From the IMG/VR virus record IMGVR_UViG_3300022226_000003, positions 13,535 through 77,534 of that record: a stretch of DNA of 64,000 bases. One strand, written 5' to 3'. Under the pieces are notes generated by a model. The model saw only the letters and a list, made by a program, of their open reading frames with translations, made no database searches and had not been told where the DNA came from. Below are positions 10,144 to 19,923 of the stretch, in pieces. Each line of letters starts with the position of its first letter. Position 1 is the first letter of the stretch. Origin of the DNA: a virus. The position numbers and the translations under genes are program-made.

Positions 10144-13100
10144 ATGGTAGACAATGTAAATACACAAATATATGACGGTCGTCTTAATAGGGCCGCATTA
10201 TTGAGATTGTATGAAAATAATACCATCAGTAAAGTAGATATTGTGATGGATGGACATGTATTCAGACTTGATAAGCTGATTAAGAATTCAAAGATGACTT
10301 CGACTAGCTTCAAGAGTTTTGAAATAAATTTGAATAGGGAACTGAAACGAACTTATAGAGAAGTTTTCTCGGTTTCTAAAAGATCACTTTTGGACTTAGC
10401 TAGCGACCAAGTCTCTTATACGTATCAGAATTTAGAAGCAGGTGTTAGTAAAGTTTGGCGCACAAAAAGACCTCAAAGAAGAATTGCTGAGGAAATTGTC
10501 TTGAAACAACCCTTGCATTCCAATAAGACTCTGGAACAGGGCTGGGTAGGTATAAGCGCGGGTGAGAGAAAACGATTATCGTCAGTTATTCGTAAAGGAA
10601 TTGCTGAAGGAGATACTCCGGAAGTTATTGCCAGGAATGTACGTAAAGGTAACATTCATAAGATAACCAGGAACCAATCTAGAGCTCTTGTAACTACTTC
10701 CATAACAAGTGTTGCAGCACAAGCTGATCATGAAGTCTATGCTGCAAACGGAGACGCCCTGAAAGGTTGGCAGTATGTGGCCGTCTTGGACTCCAGGACC
10801 ACGCCTGTGTGCTCGCATCGTGATGGCCATATTTACCCCATAGGGGACACGAAGCATCTGCCTCCGGCCCACTACCGCTGCAGGTCGACAACGACACCTG
10901 TAGTAAAAAGTTGGGATGATTTAAGTAAATTAGAAGGTGTAAATCAAGTAAGAAAAAGAAATCTTAAAAAATTGAACCCTGCGCAAGTGGCATTTTACGA
11001 TGGATTGACACCTTTAAAAGAATCATATAATTCATGGTTATTAAGACAGCCCACAAATATCCAAGTGAAACATCTAGGTAGTTACCAGAAAGTAGATCTA
11101 TTCAATAACGGTAAGTTATCTGTAGATAAATTCACCGCACCTTCGGGTGCTGAATTGGGAATACGGCAATTGAGACAATTAACTGATTCCGAATATACAG
11201 CTCCCAGTGACACTAAAAGATTTGCACTTGCTAAAGAAAGATTAGATGCAATGCACTTGGGCGCAAGTCGCCCTGAAGATTTTATTGATGATATCAAATT
11301 GACCAATACCCTGAGGGATTATTATGTCTTACAATCTGCTGAATTAGACGGGACATTATCTTTAACAAATTATAGAGGTAATTTAATAGGTACTAAGAGA
11401 CGAACTAAAAATTTGGTCTTAAACAAATTACCACGAGAAGATCAGCTATTGTTCAATCCTATAACTGGTAGATACGAAGATTCTAGATTATTCCAACCTG
11501 CCCCGGCTGTCTTGGAAAATAATTTAAAACTTGTTAATGAAAGTCTTGTATTGAAACAGGCTGATAAGGATTATATCATTAAATTTATAGCCAGTCTAGA
11601 AAGCCGAATGAGTGTTAATGAGAGAGCTGTTGTAGCAGATAACTTAAGAATACTATTTACAAGATACCGCAAAAACCCTGAAGTATGGACTAACTTTAAA
11701 GCAGTTTCTCAAGCTCAAATCAAATTTGATGTAATGAATGTTTCAGACTCTATCGAAACACAATTGAGAAAAGACGCCAATTTGCTTAAGAAATTGAAAC
11801 AAGACAATTACATAGACCCTGTATTAGGTGCTGTGCAATTAGATGATTTATCGAATAATTTTATAAATAATATTTCTAAAAGAAATCGATGGGAAGATAA
11901 AGTAGCACCTAAGTTAGCTAGACAACTAAGAGATATCTTTGACAGAAATATCCCAATAAGATTGCAGAGAAGAATTCCCGATGATAAATTACAACAATTT
12001 TATTTAAGATTTGCACATAGACTTAGCTTAGCAGATAGTCCTGATGTTGATAATTTAGCTGTCTCTTTAGGGCGCGATCTATATAATATGGCTGAACTCA
12101 ATGGTACTAAGCAACAATGGCATACTCTGGGTAAAAAGATAATTGAATCTAACAATAAGTTTTTTAAATTAGAAACATTCGGTGTCCAAAAACGCAGGAT
12201 GAAAAGTAGATTAAGTGGTCAATATTTTGGACCTTACTATGATACTTTTTCGTATAATATAAGAATCACTGATCCCAGGATTCAGGAGTACTCAAGACTT
12301 AATAGAAGTATTGATGTAGGTCTCCGTATAGGTGTCACTGATCCAAAGAATAGATTACTTTTTAGAGAAGGCTATAAAACTTATTTTTATAAAGATAAAT
12401 TAGGTGGCTATGTAGATACCCGAATTCCAATCACTTCTTCATCTGCATTCAGAGATTTTCCTGAAGAATTTATTGATAAAGATATGGTGAGTGCTTTAAA
12501 TTGGGCCGCTAAGTCTGAATTTAAGGTTGATGAAGATTACTATGATTTTGTAAATAAATTATTAAATTTTGCTGATGACCGTGGTCGTGCTCAATACTTC
12601 GATGACTTGAATCAGTATCGACGTTACATAATTTCTCGTGGAGATTCCTATGAAAGATTCAAATCCATGCAATGGTTTAGGGATCGTAATATTGCTTTCT
12701 CTAATCACCCTTTCATTGATTCTAGAGCACGGATCTATGATCGTGGATTTATTAGCCCTCAGTCTGGAGAAACTTTTAGGCCTTTCCTCAATACTTCGTA
12801 TGAGAGAGCTTTAGGCGAAATTGGTTTTAAAAATTTTAATGACCAAATAGGGTCTTTCTTAGGAGGATTGGATGACTTCTTTGAGGGTCGTTTCAACTCG
12901 CTAAGTATCACAGGTAGGCAAAAGATTGCAAATAAGTGGCGTCCAGAGTTAGTTAAAATTGGCAATCACATGATTCGTGGAAAGCCTAATGATATTAGAG
13001 CAATATTGCAATCAGATATTGTGGCTAAGATTGAAGGTGAAGAACTAGGGAAGTTTCTAAGATTTGCAATAGAGACGGCTAAGATTGATAACTTTATGAA

Positions 13101-14763
13101 AGGTGATTATAAAAATCTTTCTAAACTTAATAGTTATAAAACAGCATTAGCGCTAGAGCAAGATGCCTCTTCATCAGGTGCGCAAATAATTGCTTTAACA
13201 ACTAGAAACAAACAATTAGCTGAATTGAGCAATGTTATTCCAACTAACCAGAAGAAAAGATTATACGATGAGATAGCAGCAGCTACCTTCAATGATTCTA
13301 GATTTAGACAGTTAAATTTAAGGTTGGGAATAAATGAGAAAGATTTACGAAAAGCTGCAAAAGCACAAAATATGGTTACATTCTATGGTGCTGGCGATCG
13401 CACAGGTATTCTGAATGTTGAACGAAAACTGGCTTCAGCTTTGGAAAGACAGCCTGGAACATTGGTGGTCAAGGCTTCCCAGAGAGATGAAATCTTGGGT
13501 GAAATTTCCGCCAGAATAGCTAGGTTTGAAAAGTTCGATCCAGAAACTGCAGCTGAGCTTGCAGTATTAAGGACAAATGTTAGAGATATCTTTAATAAGG
13601 GTCTAAATCCTGGCCAAGATATCATGGATGATCTATATTTCTTGTCACCACAAACTAAAGATTTCTTAGAAAAGATGTCTTTGAGTTATGATAAAGTTAT
13701 CACACCGAACGATTTTAAAGAAATTGCTTCAATTATGAGTGAATACCTAGCAGAACAGACTCCTGTACTTAAAACATTCACGAAGTTTTTAGGTCGTCTT
13801 GCGGAAGATTTCCTTGAAAACGCCAGACCATCTAAGAGTGATTTTGATTGGAAAAGTATTTTTAAAGTAAAGCTATTAGGTACACGTAAGGATGGATATA
13901 AATTACCTGACAGAATAGGTGAAATATTGGGAGTAAATACTTCAAAATCTGTGAGTGAATCTTTTCTAAGTAAATTTGGTTTCTGGAAGCCCAATGGGTT
14001 TCTTGATGAATTAATATACGGCACCAGAGATCCTTTAAATAGACGGATCGGTGCCAAGTACTTTAAAATTGATATTGCAAAAATTAAGAAAATTTATGAA
14101 TTAGAAATTTTCAGAGCAAATAAATTACCCAAACGTTGGACAAATGTACCTTGGGTTAATTTTGATAAAAAGACACTAGAACAAAACTTTACATCAACAA
14201 TAGAAACACGGTTATTTTACAGAGATAAAGATGGAAATCCTATTACAAATATTATTCAAATAGATAATAAGAGTGAAGCTACATGGTGGGAACAATTCAT
14301 AAATAATTCTGGCAATATAAATGACATTGCAGATACAGCTAAGGCTAGAACAGCTTATGCTGTAAATGGAACTCATTCTAATGACGCAGTACTCGTCAAG
14401 AGATTTCATATCTGGGGTAGAGAAAATAATGTAAATACAGCGACTGTTCATGATGCTTTCTTCACTAATATTGGTGAGATGTTGGAAGCTAAACAAGCAT
14501 TACGGAATATCTACGCTAAGGCAGCCGAATCGAATGTAATCAAACAAACATTAGATGAAATGCGCGCTAGGGGTTTTCCGAAGGAATTATATGATAAGTA
14601 TTTAAATGAAGCAATTGAGATAGGGCTGATACCGATACCCGGTAAATCTAGGATTGGTGGAAGGCTTCTAACTGATACGGATATATTAACACGCGAGGAT
14701 ATTTTAAGAGATATAGATGAGGTTTTTGAAGACGACCTTAGCTGGTATGGTGTTGGCGGGTAG
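10144..14763 (+). CDS. MuF (SPP1 gp7-like) head protein fused to a T7-like single-subunit RNA polymerase; candidate virion RNAP
   Basis: N-terminal MuF motifs WQYVAVLDSRTTPVC and PPAHYRCRST; C-terminal RNAP motifs DSRARIY, QDASSSGAQ (A), RKAAKAQNMVTFYG (B), NGTHSNDA, VHDAF (C). Confidence 0.9.
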   Translation: MVDNVNTQIYDGRLNRAALLRLYENNTISKVDIVMDGHVFRLDKLIKNSKMTSTSFKSFEINLNRELKRTYREVFSVSKRSLLDLASDQVSYTYQNLEAGVSKVWRTKRPQRRIAEEIVLKQPLHSNKTLEQGWVGISAGERKRLSSVIRKGIAEGDTPEVIARNVRKGNIHKITRNQSRALVTTSITSVAAQADHEVYAANGDALKGWQYVAVLDSRTTPVCSHRDGHIYPIGDTKHLPPAHYRCRSTTTPVVKSWDDLSKLEGVNQVRKRNLKKLNPAQVAFYDGLTPLKESYNSWLLRQPTNIQVKHLGSYQKVDLFNNGKLSVDKFTAPSGAELGIRQLRQLTDSEYTAPSDTKRFALAKERLDAMHLGASRPEDFIDDIKLTNTLRDYYVLQSAELDGTLSLTNYRGNLIGTKRRTKNLVLNKLPREDQLLFNPITGRYEDSRLFQPAPAVLENNLKLVNESLVLKQADKDYIIKFIASLESRMSVNERAVVADNLRILFTRYRKNPEVWTNFKAVSQAQIKFDVMNVSDSIETQLRKDANLLKKLKQDNYIDPVLGAVQLDDLSNNFINNISKRNRWEDKVAPKLARQLRDIFDRNIPIRLQRRIPDDKLQQFYLRFAHRLSLADSPDVDNLAVSLGRDLYNMAELNGTKQQWHTLGKKIIESNNKFFKLETFGVQKRRMKSRLSGQYFGPYYDTFSYNIRITDPRIQEYSRLNRSIDVGLRIGVTDPKNRLLFREGYKTYFYKDKLGGYVDTRIPITSSSAFRDFPEEFIDKDMVSALNWAAKSEFKVDEDYYDFVNKLLNFADDRGRAQYFDDLNQYRRYIISRGDSYERFKSMQWFRDRNIAFSNHPFIDSRARIYDRGFISPQSGETFRPFLNTSYERALGEIGFKNFNDQIGSFLGGLDDFFEGRFNSLSITGRQKIANKWRPELVKIGNHMIRGKPNDIRAILQSDIVAKIEGEELGKFLRFAIETAKIDNFMKGDYKNLSKLNSYKTALALEQDASSSGAQIIALTTRNKQLAELSNVIPTNQKKRLYDEIAAATFNDSRFRQLNLRLGINEKDLRKAAKAQNMVTFYGAGDRTGILNVERKLASALERQPGTLVVKASQRDEILGEISARIARFEKFDPETAAELAVLRTNVRDIFNKGLNPGQDIMDDLYFLSPQTKDFLEKMSLSYDKVITPNDFKEIASIMSEYLAEQTPVLKTFTKFLGRLAEDFLENARPSKSDFDWKSIFKVKLLGTRKDGYKLPDRIGEILGVNTSKSVSESFLSKFGFWKPNGFLDELIYGTRDPLNRRIGAKYFKIDIAKIKKIYELEIFRANKLPKRWTNVPWVNFDKKTLEQNFTSTIETRLFYRDKDGNPITNIIQIDNKSEATWWEQFINNSGNINDIADTAKARTAYAVNGTHSNDAVLVKRFHIWGRENNVNTATVHDAFFTNIGEMLEAKQALRNIYAKAAESNVIKQTLDEMRARGFPKELYDKYLNEAIEIGLIPIPGKSRIGGRLLTDTDILTREDILRDIDEVFEDDLSWYGVGG

Positions 14764-14765
14764 AT

Positions 14766-14783
14766 ACCCCGTTAAATTAACCC
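14766..14783 (+). promoter_or_regulatory. Motif A copy 1 (ACCCCGTTAAATTAACCC), candidate phage RNAP promoter
   Basis: Identical at 55862, one mismatch at 34603; intergenic, upstream of scaffold and capsid. Confidence 0.65.
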
Positions 14784-14866
14784 ATACTATATTTTTTATA
14801 GTATCTATTTTTCTAAAATCATAATACTGTGTATTATGTCTTAAGTTGTACTTGAGGAATAAATTT

Positions 14867-15583
14867 ATGCCCGGCACTGATGAAACAAACACTGGCGATA
14901 GCACTGATGGTAATGGTAGCACCGAAAATGCTGCATCCACCATTACAGTTAAACCTAGTGAATCCAAATCTCCTAATGCGTCTGAAACTTCTGGTGATAG
15001 TGAGTTATCTATCCAAGAACAGATTCAAAAAGGGATTGATGAAGCTTTAAAACCGCTAAAAGAGAAAGTTGATAAAGCCTATTCTGAAAGGGATGAGGCT
15101 CTGGTTAAAATTAAGGAACATGAAGAAAGGTTAAGAAAAGAAGAGTTAGAAAGACTTGAAGCGGAAGGAAAGCATAAAGAAGCCTATGAAGCTAGACTCA
15201 GAGATGAGGAAGCTAAAAGACAAGCTCTTGAAAAACAAAATATTGAACTCACGAGAGATATTGAAGTTAAGAATGAGCTTTCTAAATATGAATTCAGGAA
15301 TCAAAATGCCCGAAATATGGCGTTTCGAGATATCTCTGGAGATCTAGTTAGAAATGATAAAGGCGTTTGGGTTCACAAAGATGGTGACAGTGTAGAAAAT
15401 ATAGTTAAAGCTTACGTGGAAAGTGCAGAAAATTCTTTCTTACTTAAGCCGAAGGTTTCATCAGGTTCAGGCACCGAGATTATCGAAACTAATAACTCCT
15501 CAGGTGGCAACAAATCACTTTTCGACTTACCGCAATCTGAGGTACTTAACATGGCTGCGAAGGGAAATCTTCGCAAAAGATAG
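14867..15583 (+). CDS. Capsid scaffolding protein
   Basis: Acidic N-terminus, coiled coil, SGSG C-terminal region; directly before the capsid gene; GAGGA RBS before ATG 14867. Confidence 0.8.
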   Translation: MPGTDETNTGDSTDGNGSTENAASTITVKPSESKSPNASETSGDSELSIQEQIQKGIDEALKPLKEKVDKAYSERDEALVKIKEHEERLRKEELERLEAEGKHKEAYEARLRDEEAKRQALEKQNIELTRDIEVKNELSKYEFRNQNARNMAFRDISGDLVRNDKGVWVHKDGDSVENIVKAYVESAENSFLLKPKVSSGSGTEIIETNNSSGGNKSLFDLPQSEVLNMAAKGNLRKR

Positions 15584-15595
15584 AGGAAATATTAA

Positions 15596-16798
15596 ATGCC
15601 ATTACGTATTAATGTTGCAGGTGCTACTGAATTTGCGCTACAAGAAGCAATTGGTGCTTATTCAGATGAAGCCTACACCAATGCCAAAAAACTTTCAAGT
15701 ACAGGTATTGTAGGCGGAAACCCACAAATCGATACCAGCTCAGAGACCTATATTGGTCAAATGCGTTGGTTTAAACCCTTAAACCCTACTATCAATACAG
15801 CTTCTCTGACAGTAGCTACTGATGGTGCTTTCACCACTTACGGTTCGGAATACCTGAACTACGTCAAAACTGCTCGTACCCACGGTGCGCAGAAAGTTAA
15901 CCTGCAAACCCTGGTCACTCAGCAAGATGGTCTTGCTAAGATCAGCCGTGATTTCGGTGAAACCAAGGCTCAAGATGAGCACAATGCTATCCTTGCTGTT
16001 CTGAAAGGTGTTGCTATTGCTGAACTTCTGCATGGTACCGGTGATGCCGGTGGTGGTGCTGGTCTTGGTGGACAAGGCTGGGATAATGACCCTACTGATC
16101 CGCTGTATGGCTTCTACGTGGATCTTGGCGCAAATCCGATTGTCACAGCCCCGGCTGCTGCTAATATTGGCGCTCAACGTGCTGCAGGCTTCCTTGATGC
16201 TATCGGTATGGCTTACAAAGATTACGAGCCGGAATTCTTCTACCTGATTACTAGCCCTGAAGTTATGGCTTCTCTGCGTTCTGCTAATCTTGTAGATGAA
16301 ACCAAAGTTGTTGACGGTAATATTGTTTTTGACACTATTTTCCAAGGTAAATTCCGTTTAATTCAAACTCGTGCAACTCAAAGTTTGACTGCTGCAGAAA
16401 TTGACAAATTTGATGCCACGAACGTATCTAATCTGGGTGTTGATTTAGTTGGTCAGAAGACCACTTATCTTGTACAACCCGGTGCATTGGCGATGGAAGC
16501 TCTGCAGATTGCAGAAGATGTTGAATTTGATCGTGATGCTTCTGCTTATGCTGGTGGCGGTACCACTGAAATTTGGTATCGTTGGGGCTACGTCGTTCAT
16601 CCGGGCGGTTACAACTGGACTGGTTCGCAAGATGCTTTCCCGAGTGATGCTCAGTATAAAGAAGTCACGAATGATGGCGGTGCGACTACCGCAACTGTTG
16701 TGGCAATGCCCGCAGCAACTACGGGTTACACTGGTGTTTGGACAAGGAAGGCTAATTCTGTACTCTCACTAGGAATTTTACCTGTATTCCACGCTTAA
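15596..16798 (+). CDS. Major capsid protein
   Basis: 400 aa; position; high-expression codon bias; EFDRD..AGGGTTEIWYRWGYVVHPGG motif. Confidence 0.85.
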   Translation: MPLRINVAGATEFALQEAIGAYSDEAYTNAKKLSSTGIVGGNPQIDTSSETYIGQMRWFKPLNPTINTASLTVATDGAFTTYGSEYLNYVKTARTHGAQKVNLQTLVTQQDGLAKISRDFGETKAQDEHNAILAVLKGVAIAELLHGTGDAGGGAGLGGQGWDNDPTDPLYGFYVDLGANPIVTAPAAANIGAQRAAGFLDAIGMAYKDYEPEFFYLITSPEVMASLRSANLVDETKVVDGNIVFDTIFQGKFRLIQTRATQSLTAAEIDKFDATNVSNLGVDLVGQKTTYLVQPGALAMEALQIAEDVEFDRDASAYAGGGTTEIWYRWGYVVHPGGYNWTGSQDAFPSDAQYKEVTNDGGATTATVVAMPAATTGYTGVWTRKANSVLSLGILPVFHA

Positions 16799-16813
16799 TT
16801 TTGGAGTTCACTT

Positions 16814-17296
16814 ATGGCCCTTGTAAAAGGAACAAATTCATATGTAACAGTAGCGGAAGCTGACAGTTATTTTGCAGATCGTTTGGATGCAACAGCTTGG
16901 ACAGCTGCCACTGCAGACCAAAAGAGTCAAGCATTGATTACTGCTACTGCTATGTTAGATAATTTGGACTGGATAGGAGTGGCTGTAAGTGATCTTCAAC
17001 CTCTAGCGTTTCCTCGAATTGGCATATATTTTGACCCTCGTGTTGGGGCTGATGTAATGTTTGAAGACACTGTTGTCCCGATTAGGATCGAGATAGCTGC
17101 TTTCGAGTTGGCTCTCCATCTATTAAATAATAGTGGATTGCTGGATGATACAGGGCGTGTTGACTCTATTGTGGTGGGTTCCATAGAACTCAAAGACATA
17201 AAGCCTGCTCAAAAATTACCTCCATTTGTGTTACAGCAGATCAAACCTTTAAGGGTTAGGCCTTCAGTAACTAATTCATGGTGGAGAGCTAATTAA
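16814..17296 (+). CDS. Head-tail adaptor (DnaT-like family)
   Basis: NSYVTVAEADSYF...QPLAFPR...AAFELAL signature. Confidence 0.8.
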   Translation: MALVKGTNSYVTVAEADSYFADRLDATAWTAATADQKSQALITATAMLDNLDWIGVAVSDLQPLAFPRIGIYFDPRVGADVMFEDTVVPIRIEIAAFELALHLLNNSGLLDDTGRVDSIVVGSIELKDIKPAQKLPPFVLQQIKPLRVRPSVTNSWWRAN

Positions 17297-17655
17297 TGAG
17301 TTATGTAAATCTGGTTAATAAAAGTTTGACTGTTGCATTTAATTCAGTCAAAGATTTAGCGACAGATATTACTTTCACGAAAAAGGCTGTTACTGGTTAT
17401 GATTTTTCAACAAAACTTAATACTGCAAATGCACCCACTGCTTTAAATATTAAGGGAGTGGTACTGGATTCTAAAAAAGGTAAATTAAATAGTGATCGAA
17501 ATTCACAATTAAAAGAGATAATGTTAAAGCGTCAAGATATTGGTGATATTACTTTTTATGATTCAGTCAGTATTGCAGGACAAGATTGGCGACTAGGCTC
17601 AACTATTGCAGATAATGGTTATATTGTGATGGTTGAGGCTTATAGAGAAATATAA
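17296..17655 (+). CDS. Head closure protein
   Basis: Size and synteny. Confidence 0.6.
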   Translation: MSYVNLVNKSLTVAFNSVKDLATDITFTKKAVTGYDFSTKLNTANAPTALNIKGVVLDSKKGKLNSDRNSQLKEIMLKRQDIGDITFYDSVSIAGQDWRLGSTIADNGYIVMVEAYREI

Positions 17656-18062
17656 TGGGTAAATATATTGATATTCAAAATGATATATTTTCAGTATTTG
17701 CTTCCGCTGGTTGGTTAGCCGAAGCGATCCCCACATATCCTCAAAATCATATTCCTATAAATCCGGGAACGGAATTTATAAGAGTTTCTATAGTACCCTC
17801 AAGCTTTTTGTCAACATTGGATTCCTTATCAGGTCAATTAATTATAGATATATTTACTGTCGCTGGAGAAGGCCCTTCGAGACCTTTCGAGATCGCTGAC
17901 ATTCTAGACCAGTACCTAACAGGCAAATATTTAGAAACTAGTGGCAATGGTGCTACTCAATTTTTAAATAGCGCTATGGGTAGTGGTTCCTTAGATGCGG
18001 ATAACCCAGGGTTATACCGATCTATGTACACAATTTCTTTTAATTATACTGGAGTACAATAA
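17655..18062 (+). CDS. Tail terminator-like protein
   Basis: GQLIIDIFTVAGEG...IADIL pattern; synteny. Confidence 0.7.
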   Translation: MGKYIDIQNDIFSVFASAGWLAEAIPTYPQNHIPINPGTEFIRVSIVPSSFLSTLDSLSGQLIIDIFTVAGEGPSRPFEIADILDQYLTGKYLETSGNGATQFLNSAMGSGSLDADNPGLYRSMYTISFNYTGVQ

Positions 18063-18643
18063 TGGCTCAAATTTCTTCAATTGGTGCAGGTCTATTTTCC
18101 GATCTGTCTGTTTGTGTAGATGCTACTGATAATGGGGTCGCTATTGCGACACCCAATGAAGCTAACTTTAAATTATGTTTTGCTAATGAGTTAGCTAACG
18201 GTGCAGCTCCTACAGTTGCTACTGGTGAATTTATTCGTATCACTAATATTCGCGAATTTCCGGCAATCGGAACTCCGCCTAATATCGTAAACGTGCCTGT
18301 ATATGGTCAGTTGACTTCGCAGCAAATTCAAGGTCAAGCTGACGCACCTTCTCTAGAATTATCTATTAACTATGTTGGTGATGCATGGCAAGATACTGCT
18401 AACTATCTTGGTAGCTTTGTGGGTGATGGTATTCAACGTGTATTCCGCTTCGCTCTGTTGAACTCTGAACCTACTGGTGGTTATGCTTCGGTTGTAGGTC
18501 AGATCGGTACTGTTGAGAACAGTCAGTATTTCTGGTTCGGAAAAATTGAGGCTTTTCAGGTTACCCCTCAGTTAACTGATGCCAACACTGCGACCGTAAC
18601 AATGACAATCCAGTCGAATATTTACGGTGCTTTCACTGATTAA
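18062..18643 (+). CDS. Major tail tube protein
   Basis: FPAIG...VNVPVYG....QIQGQADAPSLEL motif; no sheath gene present. Confidence 0.8.
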   Translation: MAQISSIGAGLFSDLSVCVDATDNGVAIATPNEANFKLCFANELANGAAPTVATGEFIRITNIREFPAIGTPPNIVNVPVYGQLTSQQIQGQADAPSLELSINYVGDAWQDTANYLGSFVGDGIQRVFRFALLNSEPTGGYASVVGQIGTVENSQYFWFGKIEAFQVTPQLTDANTATVTMTIQSNIYGAFTD

Positions 18644-18650
18644 TTTATAT

Positions 18651-18674
18651 GGGGCTTCTTAATGAAGCCCCTTT
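18651..18674 (+). terminator. Hairpin GGGGCTTC-TTAAT-GAAGCCCC with a short T tail
   Basis: Perfect 8-bp stem after the tail tube gene. Confidence 0.6.
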
Positions 18675-18691
18675 CCATCAAAGAAGATACA

Positions 18692-18928
18692 ATGAATGAA
18701 GAAGATTCGAAACCTTTCAGTATGGGGTATGTCCTTCGAACTACTGCAAAACATATGCGCAAAAGTATTGACATCAGTATTCGCAAAACATTTGACAGAG
18801 TTCAGGAGTTTGCGGAGGATCGTTCCAAATCTGAAGAGGTATTTAAAACCCTGTCTCATTTACATCAAATGAGGAAACAATTAGATGAATTCCAATATCA
18901 ATATTCCGACGATTTCAAAGGAGAATAG
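18692..18928 (+). CDS. Hypothetical protein in the tail module
   Basis: Fills the gap between tube and chaperone; start placed after the hairpin. Confidence 0.55.
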   Translation: MNEEDSKPFSMGYVLRTTAKHMRKSIDISIRKTFDRVQEFAEDRSKSEEVFKTLSHLHQMRKQLDEFQYQYSDDFKGE

Positions 18929-18929
18929 T

Positions 18930-19606
18930 ATGTCCGAAGTTAGTGGACTTAAAAGTGTTGTAGGTACTAAGCAAACTAAAGAATATAAATTTATGGGAAC
19001 TAAGTTAATTCTCACTAAATTGACAGTTTCTCAAGTACTGGAGATACAAGAGTTAAGTAAGATTTCTGAGAAAGAAGATCTCAAAGAAAGAGATGCTTTT
19101 GATTCGATTAAGACTGTTATTAGAATGTCAGTTCAAGATTCAGATGATATGGAAGATGATGACTTCAATGAACTACCGTTAGATGAGTTGATTAAACTCT
19201 CTCAGGAAATTATGAGGTTCTCAGGTATTGCTGATACTGAGGGAAAGTAGTACTCTCTGATCAAGAATTAGTTATCTACGAAGTAGCTTTTTGTTTAAAT
19301 AAATTTGCTTATGAAGTATATGAGATACCTTATGAGGAGCTTTTGAAATGGATAGATTTCTTTGAAAAGCGGCCCCTTGGTTGGAGAGACGATGACAGAG
19401 CATATAAGTTACTATCAGCTTGGGGTGTTAAAGCTGATCCTTGGGAGGTATTCGAAAGTCTCGGTAAGTTAAAAAGATCTAGTGAAAATGATAAGAGCCT
19501 AAATGATAGGAATAATAGTGAGTTATATATTACAACAGATTCTTTTAAAAATTCTATACTTTTCCAAAAACTAAAGAAAGCAAAAGGAGGTTCGAAAATT
19601 GCGTAA
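18930..19606 (+). CDS. Tail assembly chaperone G (18930-19250) and GT via -1 frameshift
   Basis: G GGA AAG slippery heptamer at 19241-19247 just before TAG; -1 frame open and in frame with ORF 19343..19606. Confidence 0.85.
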
Positions 19607-19907
19607 AGTTACAGGTGTAAAGCAGACACTCAATGCTATGAACCTTCAGTATCAAAAAGAATCTGCTCTTGGTCAAAGACGTGTAAAAGATAAATTGTTA
19701 GAGAATATTAAAAACTTGACACCAGTTGATACTGGTAAAGCCAGAGATGGTTGGTATCAAACGAAAAATTCTATAGAAAATGATGTAGAGTATGTTAATA
19801 CATTGAATAGTGGCTCTAGCAAAAGAGAGCCATTACATTTTATAGAAGAAGCCGTGCTTAGTACTCGTGGTATAAAAGTAAGAGGTACTATTGTTTTCCC
19901 AAAATAA
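19599..19907 (+). CDS. HK97 gp10-like tail completion/neck protein
   Basis: TPVDTGKARDGW...NDVEY motif; GGAGG RBS with TTG start. Confidence 0.75.
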   Translation: MRKVTGVKQTLNAMNLQYQKESALGQRRVKDKLLENIKNLTPVDTGKARDGWYQTKNSIENDVEYVNTLNSGSSKREPLHFIEEAVLSTRGIKVRGTIVFPK

Positions 19908-19923
19908 CAGAGGTTTTAGCTAA

